Part shown: positions 1 to 9,094 of the stretch, one piece after another | How the letters are laid out: the number at the start of each line of letters is the position of its first letter | Numbering within the stretch: position 1 is the stretch's first letter | DNA from: Oligoflexales bacterium | Lineage (GTDB): Bacteria > Bdellovibrionota_B > Oligoflexia > Oligoflexales > RGVZ01 | DNA: 21,527 nt | Reading direction: 5' to 3' | NCBI GenBank assembly: GCA_044236265.1 | Contig: JBIIGV010000044.1 | Coordinates: 1 to 21,527 of the forward strand | Translations under genes and position numbers: made by a program | Notes under the pieces: generated by a model | What the model was told of the DNA's origin: nothing | Seen by the model: only the letters and a program-made list of their open reading frames with translations | Databases searched by the model: none

Positions 1-1315
1 CTAGATTGATATGTCCGCCAATGCGCTCAATATTCGTCTTAACTACATCCATGCCAACGCCACGGCCCGAGATGTCAGTCACCGATTCTGCCGTTGAAAA
101 ACCTGGTAGAAATATTAGGGCTCGAATATCGTTGGCTGACATTTTCCCAACTTGCTCACTCAGCACAAGCCCCCGTTCAACAGCTTTCTTGGCTATTTTA
201 ACCGGAGAGAGACCTGGGCCATCGTCAGTCACCTCAATGATAACGTGTCCACCTTCATGGTAAGATTTGATCTTGACCGTCCCGATCGGATGCTTGCCGA
301 CACGTTGGCGATCCGCGGGAGATTCAATTCCGTGGTCGATACTGTTGCGAATCAGATGTGTCAGCGGATCTTTGACAGCCTCTATAAGAGTCTTGTCCAA
401 CTCGGTGTCAGCACCTTCAATTCTGAAATCTACGCTCTTACCAAGGTCCCGCGCCAGATCCCTTACCAGCCTATGGAACTTCGCTAGGAAGGGACCAATA
501 GGCTGCATCCTAGTTTTCATAACATCATTCTGTATTTCCGAGGTCACGACGCTCAGCCTTTGGGACAGCTTCAGAAACTCACCACTTCGCTGAATTTGAC
601 TAAATTGAAGCATCTGATTTCGGACTAAAACCAGCTCACCGACGAGGTTCATCAAGTTATCAAGAAGTCCAACCGGGATCCGTACCGTGCTCGGGTCGAG
701 ATTAAATTCATCCTTTAATGAAATCGACTCTCTTCGATCTTTTGAAGTTTCATTTATTTTTATTTCCGAATTAGAAACCATCAACTTAAGAGCATTATCC
801 AACTCGTCTCGCACCAACGAGTCGTCACGCTTGAGCCTACTATTGGACGAAACCTCAGATCCATCATGGTCTTTCGTCTCAACGACTTGTGAGGAGTTCA
901 AGGCTTGCAATGTCAGGTCTGCGATTTTTTGGACGACCGGACCTATTTCATCCAAGCTCATCTGACTATCATCACCATTCATCTCAACGAGCGACAAGAT
1001 CCTGGAGACGGCGTCCAAACCCTGATAAAGGGCGTCGACTAATTTTGGATTCAGAATAATCTCTTTATGACGAACTGGATCCAGTGCAGTTTCCATCGCG
1101 TGAGCAAGCTGACCGATCCGTTTAAAGCCAAAAAGGTGAGATCCGCCTTTGATAGAATGCATGTCTCGATAAATCGAGTTCAGCGTCTCATCATCGTGTT
1201 GATTCTTTTCAACCAAGCCCATACCGATGGAGATGCGCTGGCACATTTCACGCGTTTCGCCGATGTATTCAGCCAATGCCTCTTTAGGGATGCTGGCCAC
1301 AGAGTCCTCGCTCAT
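1..1315 (-). CDS. cheA: Chemotaxis histidine kinase CheA (3' end runs off the left edge)
   Basis: Not in the ORF track (no stop inside window). Manual minus-strand translation from ATG at 1315 is open to the edge: Hpt (TLNSIYRDMHSIKGGSHLFGF), dimerization (STVRIPVGLLDNLMNLVGELVLVRNQ), N box (KDPLTHLIRNSIDHG), G1 (TDDGPG), F/G2 (IFLPGFSTAESVTDISGRGVGMDVVKTNIERIGG). Confidence 0.97.
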   Translation of the reverse strand, partial: MSEDSVASIPKEALAEYIGETREMCQRISIGMGLVEKNQHDDETLNSIYRDMHSIKGGSHLFGFKRIGQLAHAMETALDPVRHKEIILNPKLVDALYQGLDAVSRILSLVEMNGDDSQMSLDEIGPVVQKIADLTLQALNSSQVVETKDHDGSEVSSNSRLKRDDSLVRDELDNALKLMVSNSEIKINETSKDRRESISLKDEFNLDPSTVRIPVGLLDNLMNLVGELVLVRNQMLQFSQIQRSGEFLKLSQRLSVVTSEIQNDVMKTRMQPIGPFLAKFHRLVRDLARDLGKSVDFRIEGADTELDKTLIEAVKDPLTHLIRNSIDHGIESPADRQRVGKHPIGTVKIKSYHEGGHVIIEVTDDGPGLSPVKIAKKAVERGLVLSEQVGKMSANDIRALIFLPGFSTAESVTDISGRGVGMDVVKTNIERIGGHINL

Positions 1316-1357
1316 GTCGGAACCTTGAAGGTCCCTAAAAAAATAGTTTCCTAGGAC

Positions 1358-1387
1358 ATTATCAAGCCGCGCTGAAATGCCTGTCAA
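1358..1387 (-). promoter_or_regulatory. Putative sigma70-type promoter for the downstream cheA
   Basis: Minus strand TTGACA-N18-GATAAT ending about 42 nt upstream of the ATG at 1315, inside the 131-nt gap between the two cheA genes. Confidence 0.55.
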
Positions 1388-1446
1388 TTCAGTATATTTG
1401 GCGTTTTAACGACATTTTTTTGTCACTAAATGATGACACTACTAGG

Positions 1447-4134
1447 TCAAAATAGACCCCAACCATCACCCGCGAATGCTGTGGGCTCTTCAGGCTTTTT
1501 TTCGATATCAGCCAAATCACCCGCTACCGCCTTGTGGGTAGAAGTTGCCGGATCGTTTTGTACACCGTACGAAAGATTTTTTAGATTGATTGCAGGGTCG
1601 ATCGTCTTAAGTATGCCCTGCGCGTCCAAAGTAGCAAAAACATCGACCAAGGCTACAACTCGACCATTCACTTCAAATGATCCTTCGATTAGATTTCTAT
1701 CTCGTACAAGCGTATCAATCCCCGTCGGCATTGACGCCACGTCTCCAATCGAGCGAACTGCAAATCCGACATAGCGCTCATTAATTTTTGAAACAACAAC
1801 AGGCATTGCAACCTGACCTGATCGTTCGTCTGCGCCTTTAACTTTAACCCCCAAAGCGTCGGTCAAATCAACAATTGGCATAACCTGATCGCGATAAATA
1901 ACCACACTACGGTCACCGACTGTCTGAAGCGATGATTTTTGAATGTCTTCCAGTCGATGGACTGCCGTTAGCGGAATCGCAAATGCCCCGTTACACCATA
2001 AATCAAACAGCAGGACATCCTTTAAGTTTGAAGGTGTCTCTGTAGCCTGATCTTGCGCGAGCTGGTCCGCTGCAGCTTGCCGGATACTTGTCACACCTGA
2101 AACCTCAGCGATTCCGTCGACATTAAGCACAAGTCCGACGCTGCCATCACCCATAAATGTTGCGCCAGCGTACACCTTAAGGCGCTCCATATGTTTGCCT
2201 ACAACCTTTACGACGATTTCCTCACTATCGAGCACGCGATCAACACACAGCGCAAAGTAGGCCGTATCAGTTCGGGCTATGAGAATATTCAAAATTTCCT
2301 CTCCCAGTAGACGCTTTGTATTCGCCTCTCTCAGGCTCAATGCTGCGCCTAGATCAACGAGCGGAATCAGCTCACCCTCGTAATCCAAAACAGCGGTTCC
2401 CTGGAGTTCTTTAATAAACTGTCTAATTTTCTTTCCGTCGAGCCTTAGAAGCCTTGCAATACTGTCTTGAGGAATCGCAAAATCCCGTCCACATGTTTCC
2501 ACAACAAGCGAATTGATGATCAAAACTGATTTTGGGATCGGCAAATGCAGAGAAAAAGTCGTACCAGACCCCAATGCTGAGTCAATTTCCACCCGGCCTT
2601 TGACCTTTTGGACTGACGATCGGACCATATCCATTCCGACACCGCGCCCGGAGACGTCTGTGACCTGACTGGCAGTCGAAAAACCTGATTCAAATATCAA
2701 CGAATGAATTTTTGCCAAAGACAGGCGATCAACATCACTGGCGGAGTACAAGCCTCTTTCGACGGCTTTCTTTTTGATCTTCGCAGGATCAAGACCACCG
2801 CCATCATCTTGGATAGAGACAACAACCTCCTCACCGCGTTCGAAGGCTCGGATGGTCAAACTACCTTCTGGCTTCTTTTTTCGTTGAATCCGCATTTCTC
2901 GCGTTTCGATTCCGTGATCGATTGAATTTCTAACAATATGAATGAGCGAATCTGACAGCACTTGTGCCAAAGAAGAGTCGACTCGTATCTGATCGCCCTC
3001 CAACTTGAAATCAATTGTTTTGCCCAAATTTTTCGCCGTATCCCTGACGGTTCTTGGCAGCGGGCGAAATACCTTGCTAAGTGGTACCTTTCTGGTTTCG
3101 ACCAGTCGTCCCTGAATCCCAGAATTAATCTTGTGCATTTCGTCGAGGAGCTCGCCAAGATGCTGAACATTCTTGTTACTGGGCGATTCCTTCTCGATTA
3201 CTTTGACAAGTTTATTCACCATGTTCCTTATAACAGTGATCTCACCTGACAGTTCCATAAACTCATCAAGCATGATCGTAGGAACATTCACCGATTCTTT
3301 GGAAACTTCGGCAGCTGGAGCTGCCACCCCCCCTAAAGCCACCGGCTCAGGTAACTCCTGGGCGCTTATTGTTGAACTGTAGTCGAAGATTTTAGCCAGT
3401 TTTTCGACGTCCTGGGTCCACTCTTCGCCAATCTTCAGTGCGTTTATCATTTTACGAACAACATCAAAACCTTGAAGCAATATTGACACCACATCCGGAG
3501 TGACTTTTACGGATCCGCTTTTCATTTTTGAAAGAAGATCTTCGTATTTGTGCACATACATGCGCACATGGGAAGATTCAAGGACACCACTTGATCCTTT
3601 AATTGTATGGACCAATCGAAAAATAGTGTTGATCGTATCAATGTCGTTTGGGCGCTGCTCAAGCGACATAATTAGAGGCTCAAGATCATCGATGATTGAA
3701 GATGCCTCTTCTATAAAAATCTGCTCAAGCATAACGCGCTCACGAATCGTTGATTCACGCGCTTGAGCGTGCTTTTTCACAAGCTCAATGAGCTCTGCTG
3801 GATCAAATGGTTTCGGCATCATCGCCGAAATTTTTGCATCCAAGCCGGCTAGTGCATCTTCTTTGGTAATATAGCCTGACAGCAGAATGAAAGGTATTTC
3901 CATGCAACGTTCTGGCAACGACTGTCTCAACTGGATTCCATTCATATCCGGCATATTATAATCTGAGACGATGCAGACCATCGAAGACGCGTCTTTTTTA
4001 AGAATACTCAGAGCTTCCTTGCCCGAGCACGCAAGCACACCGTCATAAAGCGGGTCTATGGTTTCCTTGATCAGTTGCCCAATTTCTTTTTCGTCATCGA
4101 CAATGAGTACTTTTAATTTGGCAGGCTGGCTCAC
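1447..4134 (-). CDS. cheA: Hybrid CheA: N-terminal receiver + Hpt + dimerization + HATPase + two CheW domains
   Basis: REC (KVLIVDDE, VSDYNMPDMNG, LLSG, PKPF), Hpt (IFRLVHTIKGSSG), N box (HIVRNSIDHG), G1 (QDDGGG), F/G2 (IFESGFST...SGRGVGMDMV), CheW1 (FAIPQDSI...VDRVLDSEEIVVK...GATFMGDGSVGLVLNV), CheW2 (FAIPLTAVHRLE...YRDQVMPIVDL). Start moved from 4170 to the in-frame GTG at 4134, preceded by GGGAGG at 5 nt. Confidence 0.95.
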   Translation of the reverse strand: MSQPAKLKVLIVDDEKEIGQLIKETIDPLYDGVLACSGKEALSILKKDASSMVCIVSDYNMPDMNGIQLRQSLPERCMEIPFILLSGYITKEDALAGLDAKISAMMPKPFDPAELIELVKKHAQARESTIRERVMLEQIFIEEASSIIDDLEPLIMSLEQRPNDIDTINTIFRLVHTIKGSSGVLESSHVRMYVHKYEDLLSKMKSGSVKVTPDVVSILLQGFDVVRKMINALKIGEEWTQDVEKLAKIFDYSSTISAQELPEPVALGGVAAPAAEVSKESVNVPTIMLDEFMELSGEITVIRNMVNKLVKVIEKESPSNKNVQHLGELLDEMHKINSGIQGRLVETRKVPLSKVFRPLPRTVRDTAKNLGKTIDFKLEGDQIRVDSSLAQVLSDSLIHIVRNSIDHGIETREMRIQRKKKPEGSLTIRAFERGEEVVVSIQDDGGGLDPAKIKKKAVERGLYSASDVDRLSLAKIHSLIFESGFSTASQVTDVSGRGVGMDMVRSSVQKVKGRVEIDSALGSGTTFSLHLPIPKSVLIINSLVVETCGRDFAIPQDSIARLLRLDGKKIRQFIKELQGTAVLDYEGELIPLVDLGAALSLREANTKRLLGEEILNILIARTDTAYFALCVDRVLDSEEIVVKVVGKHMERLKVYAGATFMGDGSVGLVLNVDGIAEVSGVTSIRQAAADQLAQDQATETPSNLKDVLLFDLWCNGAFAIPLTAVHRLEDIQKSSLQTVGDRSVVIYRDQVMPIVDLTDALGVKVKGADERSGQVAMPVVVSKINERYVGFAVRSIGDVASMPTGIDTLVRDRNLIEGSFEVNGRVVALVDVFATLDAQGILKTIDPAINLKNLSYGVQNDPATSTHKAVAGDLADIEKKPEEPTAFAGDGWGLF

Positions 4135-4173
4135 AAAATCCTCCCGTCGCGGCTGATCCCCGTATCTCATTGG

Positions 4174-4200
4174 TTATCGGGTCTTGCCGAAGACATATGA
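4174..4200 (-). promoter_or_regulatory. Possible sigma28 (FliA)-type promoter upstream of the hybrid cheA
   Basis: Minus strand TCAT-N15-CCCGATAA versus consensus TAAA-N15-GCCGATAA; -10 matches 7/8 with correct spacing, about 40 nt upstream of the GTG. Confidence 0.45.
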
Positions 4201-4304
4201 GACACGGGGCTAAACCTACGGAGAATTGCTTTTGATTAATTCATAAAAAGCTAGATTTAGTTTTGACATATAGAGGGCCTCGATCGACGCACTTCTTCGC
4301 AGCG

Positions 4305-4982
4305 TCAGGGTATAACCAGCGTAAATTTGAGCTCTGTCCACCCTTCCTCATCCACTCCAAATCTGTTTTTTCTAGGAATAAACTTTGAGCCCTTGACTGC
4401 ATCAATCACTCGTACGTCCATTCCATAACCGATTTTTTTTCGAAGCTCCGCCTCTCGAACCGTTCCATCTAAACCGACGTAAACATCGACAATGAAAGAG
4501 CCCTGAATCATCGCGTCCAATGCGTCCTCAGTATAAGGAGGTGTCACCATCGTACTTGCGATAAGTTTTGCCGGCGCCGACATATCACCACGCAAGGCCT
4601 CCACGTCCTTCAGTCTTTTTCCGCTGTCTTCCGCCATCAGAGTGTTACCAACGGGAGCGGCCATAGTGCCCTCGGTAGATAATGAATCCTTGGTCACACC
4701 CTGGACAGGCACATCGGTCACTGGGGTCTGAGGGGCCACCTGTTGGTTCGGCGCAGCCGTCTGTTTTTTTGGGGGTTCCTTCTTCTTGGGAGGCGGTGGG
4801 ATCTCCTTCGGAACAGGCTCCGCAATACGAACTTTGACAGGCTGAAACTCAATCTTTTGCGGACGCGATGTCAGAATATTAAGAGCGGTAGCCGTCATAA
4901 AATGCACGACCATTGACAGCGTTATCGCAACTGTCAGGGGACGTTCGCGAATTGAGTAAATTATTGAAGAGACGTTCTGCAT
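4305..4982 (-). CDS. TonB-family energy transducer
   Basis: N-terminal anchor with SxxxH motif (LSMVVHFM), Pro/Lys-rich spacer (EPVPKEIPPPPKKKEPPKK), TonB C-terminal domain (PPYTEDALDAMIQG...VGLDGTV...GYGMD...SKFIP...FTL). Start set at ATG 4982 to avoid overlap with livK; exact start uncertain. Confidence 0.85.
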   Translation of the reverse strand: MQNVSSIIYSIRERPLTVAITLSMVVHFMTATALNILTSRPQKIEFQPVKVRIAEPVPKEIPPPPKKKEPPKKQTAAPNQQVAPQTPVTDVPVQGVTKDSLSTEGTMAAPVGNTLMAEDSGKRLKDVEALRGDMSAPAKLIASTMVTPPYTEDALDAMIQGSFIVDVYVGLDGTVREAELRKKIGYGMDVRVIDAVKGSKFIPRKNRFGVDEEGWTELKFTLVIP

Positions 4983-5086
4983 AAAATGTGAACAAAAATT
5001 TAGTGTTGCTGCCAAAAATACATAGTGCTTTCGGCAAAAACCCTGTGATATCTTGAGCAAAACGTTACAACCGGAGGAAATTTCTA

Positions 5087-6208
5087 ATGTTTTTCGCCAG
5101 CAGACTCTCGATTCTTTGTGCCGTTGCCATGACGGCGTCACCTGTTTTTGCCTCCACGATTAAAATTGGCGAGGTTGGTTCAATGAGTGGATCAGAGGCC
5201 ACATTCGGCTTGTCGACTCATGAGGGCATCTCTCTTGCTGTCAAAGAGCAAAATGCCAAAGGTGGAATCAAAGGTAAAAAGATAGAACTCATCAATTTAG
5301 ACAATCAGGGAAAACCAGAAGAAGCAGCAGTAGCCACAACAAAGCTTGTGACTCAAGACAAGGTCATGGCTATTTTAGGAGAGGTTGCATCTTCACGATC
5401 AATGGCAATGGCCCCTATCGCTCAACAAAACAAAGTCCCCATGATTAGCCCTTCGTCGACAAATCCAAAGGTCACTGAAATCGGTAATTACATTTTCCGC
5501 GTTTGTTTCATCGACCCATTCCAAGGCAAAGTCATGGCAAAGTTTGCCGCTGAGCAACTGAAGGCGAAGCGCGTTGCCATTTTACGAGATGTAAAAAGTG
5601 ACTATTCTGTGGGACTTTCAAATTTCTTCACCGAAGCATTCAAGCAATCAGGTGGGGAAATCGTGGTAGATCAGTCCTATAGCTCGGGCGAAGTAGACTT
5701 CAACAGCCAGCTCACTTCAATTCGCGCCAAGAAGCCGGATGCGATTTTTATTCCTGGCTACTACACGGAGGTTGGACTTATCGCTAAGCAGGCTAGAAAG
5801 TTAGGAATCAAAGCACCACTGCTGGGCGGAGACGGCTGGGACTCAACCAAACTTTTTGAGATCGGCGGCAAGTCACTCAATAACAGCTACTTCTCAAACC
5901 ACTATAGCCAAGAAGACCAGGCTCCATCTGTTCAAAATTTCATCAAAAGTTACAAAGCCGAATACAGCAAGGTGCCTGATGGGCTAGCGGCCATGGGTTA
6001 CGATGCCGCTAAGGTCTTGTTCGCAGCCATGGAAAAGACCAAGTCACTATCCTCTACTGAAATTCGTGACGCCATTGCTCAAACTAAAGACTTCCCAGCA
6101 GTAACCGGGAGGATCACAATTGATGCGAAACGGAACGCCAGCAAGCCAGCTGTAGTGCTTGAAGTTAAGGATGGAAAATTCCTTTACAAGTCGACTGTTA
6201 ATCCGTAA
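5087..6208 (+). CDS. livK: Branched-chain amino acid ABC transporter substrate-binding protein (LivK/LivJ family)
   Basis: GGAGG RBS; signal peptide ending SPVFA; TIKIG, GGIKGKKIEL, PMISPSSTNPKVT, FRVCFIDPFQG, LLGGDGW, GYDA; first gene of a liv operon. Confidence 0.92.
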   Translation: MFFASRLSILCAVAMTASPVFASTIKIGEVGSMSGSEATFGLSTHEGISLAVKEQNAKGGIKGKKIELINLDNQGKPEEAAVATTKLVTQDKVMAILGEVASSRSMAMAPIAQQNKVPMISPSSTNPKVTEIGNYIFRVCFIDPFQGKVMAKFAAEQLKAKRVAILRDVKSDYSVGLSNFFTEAFKQSGGEIVVDQSYSSGEVDFNSQLTSIRAKKPDAIFIPGYYTEVGLIAKQARKLGIKAPLLGGDGWDSTKLFEIGGKSLNNSYFSNHYSQEDQAPSVQNFIKSYKAEYSKVPDGLAAMGYDAAKVLFAAMEKTKSLSSTEIRDAIAQTKDFPAVTGRITIDAKRNASKPAVVLEVKDGKFLYKSTVNP

Positions 6209-6260
6209 GAAACCAGTTCTGAAACTATTGACTGGCTAACCAACTTACGCGAGATCGACC

Positions 6261-7226
6261 ATGGCAGAATTTATCCAGTACTTGATCAACGGACTCTCCC
6301 AAGGGGGAACGTATGCGTTGATTGCGCTGGGATACACCATGGTCTTCGGCATCCTGCAATTGATCAATTTTGCACATGGTGAAGTGTACATGCTCGGCGC
6401 ATTTACCGGGCTTTACACCTCCAAATTTGCAGGCGCTCAAATCAGTGAACTATTCAATAGATTGCTGAATGGAGCGCCTGATCAAACCTCCACATTAGCT
6501 GCGATACTAACGTCTATTGTGATCGTTCTAATTGCGATGGTCGTCTGCGCACTGGTTGGCCTGTGTGTTGAGCGTCTCGCTTACCGCCCACTGCGTTCAT
6601 CACCACGTATTAATCTTTTGATCACTGCTGTTGGTGTTTCTTTGTTTTTCCAATACTCAGGACAAATTGTTTTTGGATCCGATCCAAAGGCATACCCTGA
6701 CCTGTTTGAAAACCTTGAGTCCTGGACGTTTGGAACAGATGAAAATATTTTGGTGATCAACCCTCTCCAAGTTTTTGTTTTCGTTACAGCCATTGTGTTG
6801 ATGCTCATTTTACGACACATCATTTTCCACACACGTTTAGGTCGGGCTATGCGCGCAGTCAGCTTTAATCATGACCTAGCAAGCCTAATGGGTATTCCCA
6901 CTGATCGTGTGATTGCCGCTACGTTCATGCTTGGTTCAGCCTTGGCTGGAGCCGCTGGAGTGATGGTTGGCATGACCTACCCAAAAGTTGAACCACTCAT
7001 GGGATCTCTACCTGGACTCAAGGCCTTTTGCGCTGCTGTTTTGGGCGGAATCGGTAACGTGACAGGGGCGGTGCTTGGTTCTTTTATTTTGGGTCTGGCT
7101 GAAGCTCTGTTGTCTGGCTACGGAACGCCGACCTACAAGGACGCTTTGGCTTTTGCTATTTTGATTCTAATTCTTCTTGTCAAACCGTCCGGACTTCTGG
7201 GCGTCCATCGCACTGAAAAAGTGTAG
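6261..7226 (+). CDS. livH: Branched-chain amino acid ABC transporter permease LivH
   Basis: YALIALGYTMVFGILQLINFAHGEVYMLG, VERLAYRPLR, LGRAMRAVS, KAFCAAVLGGIG, KPSGLLG. Confidence 0.96.
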   Translation: MAEFIQYLINGLSQGGTYALIALGYTMVFGILQLINFAHGEVYMLGAFTGLYTSKFAGAQISELFNRLLNGAPDQTSTLAAILTSIVIVLIAMVVCALVGLCVERLAYRPLRSSPRINLLITAVGVSLFFQYSGQIVFGSDPKAYPDLFENLESWTFGTDENILVINPLQVFVFVTAIVLMLILRHIIFHTRLGRAMRAVSFNHDLASLMGIPTDRVIAATFMLGSALAGAAGVMVGMTYPKVEPLMGSLPGLKAFCAAVLGGIGNVTGAVLGSFILGLAEALLSGYGTPTYKDALAFAILILILLVKPSGLLGVHRTEKV

Positions 7227-7241
7227 ACAGGGTCAGGCAAC

Positions 7242-8291
7242 ATGGGACTGTCAAACCAGATCGATAAAACCAAATCCTACGCGGGCCTCATGAGCTTACG
7301 CTGGTGGCTTCTCGCCATCGCTGGGACATGGGCTCTTGATTACCTTCTACCATCAATGCTGAGTCCCTACATTTTTCAGATTTTAGTGCTGGCTGGCATC
7401 AACGTGATATTGTCTGTGAGCTTGAATCTCGTTAACGGTTTCACGGGCCAGTTCTCCATGGGGCATGCAGGTTTTATGGCCGTCGGCGGTTACTTATCTG
7501 CATTTTTGACAACCAGCCTTGTTGAACATCGCCCGGATTTAATGATTGACCCCGTAACGGGCGAACTTTTGGGTACGGCTGTTATTTTCTACTTTGGTTC
7601 CCTCATATTAGGAGGCGTCGCGGCGACTCTTGTTGGATACATCGTTGGTTTACCGTCATTGAGATTACGCGGTGACTACCTAGCCATTGTCACTTTAGGA
7701 TTTGGTGAGATTATTCGTGTCATCCTACTGAACACAGACGCGGTAGGTGGAGCTCGTGGCTTATCCGGGATTAAGCAGTTTACAAATTTTGGATGGGTCT
7801 TCACATTTGTTGTTATCACGGTGTTCTGCGTTTGGAGAGTGGTCCACTCAGCTCATGGACGCATCCTACAGTCGATTCGCGAAGATGAAATTGCTGCAAC
7901 AGCGATGGGTGTGAATACAACACAAGGCAAAGTCAGAGCATTTGCCATGGGCGCATTTTTTGCTGGTGTTGCAGGGGGACTTTTTGCGCACTACCTCACA
8001 ACGCTGAACCCTGGCACCTTTGATTTCAATCGTAGCTTTGAAGTCATCATTATGGTCGTTCTTGGAGGGATGGGCTCTATTTCTGGTAGCGTCGTTGCGG
8101 CAATTGTATTGACTGTGTTGAAGGAAGCTTTACGCCCTTTGCAGCAATATACCGGAGTGGACCTACGGATGGTGATTTATGCACTTGTCCTCATCATTAT
8201 GATGTTGGCCCGGCCAAAGGGGATTTTTGGTACCAAAGAAATCGGCGACCTCTTTAGAGGACGCAAAAAAGTCAAAGGGGACCTTACATGA
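7242..8291 (+). CDS. livM: Branched-chain amino acid ABC transporter permease LivM
   Basis: LNLVNGFTGQFSMGHAGFMAVGGY, LRLRGDYLAIVTLGFGEIIR, IREDEIAA, MVVLGGMGSISG, RPKGIFG. Confidence 0.96.
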   Translation: MGLSNQIDKTKSYAGLMSLRWWLLAIAGTWALDYLLPSMLSPYIFQILVLAGINVILSVSLNLVNGFTGQFSMGHAGFMAVGGYLSAFLTTSLVEHRPDLMIDPVTGELLGTAVIFYFGSLILGGVAATLVGYIVGLPSLRLRGDYLAIVTLGFGEIIRVILLNTDAVGGARGLSGIKQFTNFGWVFTFVVITVFCVWRVVHSAHGRILQSIREDEIAATAMGVNTTQGKVRAFAMGAFFAGVAGGLFAHYLTTLNPGTFDFNRSFEVIIMVVLGGMGSISGSVVAAIVLTVLKEALRPLQQYTGVDLRMVIYALVLIIMMLARPKGIFGTKEIGDLFRGRKKVKGDLT

Positions 8292-9094
8292 ACCCCTCTT
8301 TCGCGCTCAAAGCTGAAAATCTAACAATAATGTTTGGCGGTTTAAAAGCTGTCAGCGAACTCAATTTGGAAATCCCACTGGGTAGTATCTTTGGATTAAT
8401 TGGCCCAAACGGCGCCGGCAAGACGACTGTTTTCAACATGCTGACTGGTGTCTACAAACCGACTTCTGGCTCAATCACTCACGGCCCAACAGGCCATCGT
8501 GTTGATGGGAAAAAACCATTCGAGATCACTCGCACTGGTGTTGCCAGAACTTTTCAGAACATTCGCCTGTTCAAAGATTTAACAGTTTTGCAAAACCTAC
8601 TCGTCGCTATGGATCAAAATCCATCATTCAAGAAGTATAATCTGCTACCTACTCTTATACATTCGCGGTCGATGCTGGATAACGAAGCCGCCAAGCAAGA
8701 CGCGGCGATTGAAATACTGAAAATCTTTAAGCTCGAGCATCGCAGCGACGAACTTTCCGCAAGTCTTCCATATGGAGATCAACGGCGCCTTGAAATAGCC
8801 CGAGCGATTGCGACTGGAGCACGCACGCTGCTACTAGACGAGCCTGCTGCAGGCATGAATGCTCACGAGACGACGAAACTGATGGACACGATTCGCGACA
8901 TTCGGAAAAAGTTCAACGCGACCATCCTCCTAATTGAACACGACATGAAACTTGTCATGGGTATTTGCGAGAGGATTGCTGTTCTTGATTACGGAGTCAA
9001 AATCGCAGAAGGTGTACCATCCGAGATCCAGAAGAATCCGCGGGTGATTGAAGCATACTTGGGTAAGGCGGCCACTCATGACCACGCAAAATGA
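8288..9094 (+). CDS. livG: Branched-chain amino acid ABC transporter ATP-binding protein LivG
   Basis: Walker A GPNGAGKT, RTFQNIRLF, LPYGDQRRLEIARA, LLLDEPAAG, IEHDM, VIEAYLG; ATGA overlap with livM. Confidence 0.96.
   Translation: MNPSFALKAENLTIMFGGLKAVSELNLEIPLGSIFGLIGPNGAGKTTVFNMLTGVYKPTSGSITHGPTGHRVDGKKPFEITRTGVARTFQNIRLFKDLTVLQNLLVAMDQNPSFKKYNLLPTLIHSRSMLDNEAAKQDAAIEILKIFKLEHRSDELSASLPYGDQRRLEIARAIATGARTLLLDEPAAGMNAHETTKLMDTIRDIRKKFNATILLIEHDMKLVMGICERIAVLDYGVKIAEGVPSEIQKNPRVIEAYLGKAATHDHAK

Noticed and set aside
6..1774. Short plus-strand ORFs (6..263, 152..487, 267..593, 687..965, 1067..1354, 1430..1774)
   Set aside because: Antisense shadows of the two cheA genes; no independent motifs.
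4983..5141. 5' extension of the tonB ORF overlapping livK head-to-head
   Set aside because: Longest-ORF artefact; the TonB anchor begins after ATG 4982 and the extension covers the livK RBS.
6213..6235. CCAGT...ACTGG dyad after livK as an mRNA-stabilising hairpin
   Set aside because: Only a 5-6 bp stem with a large loop; too weak to call.
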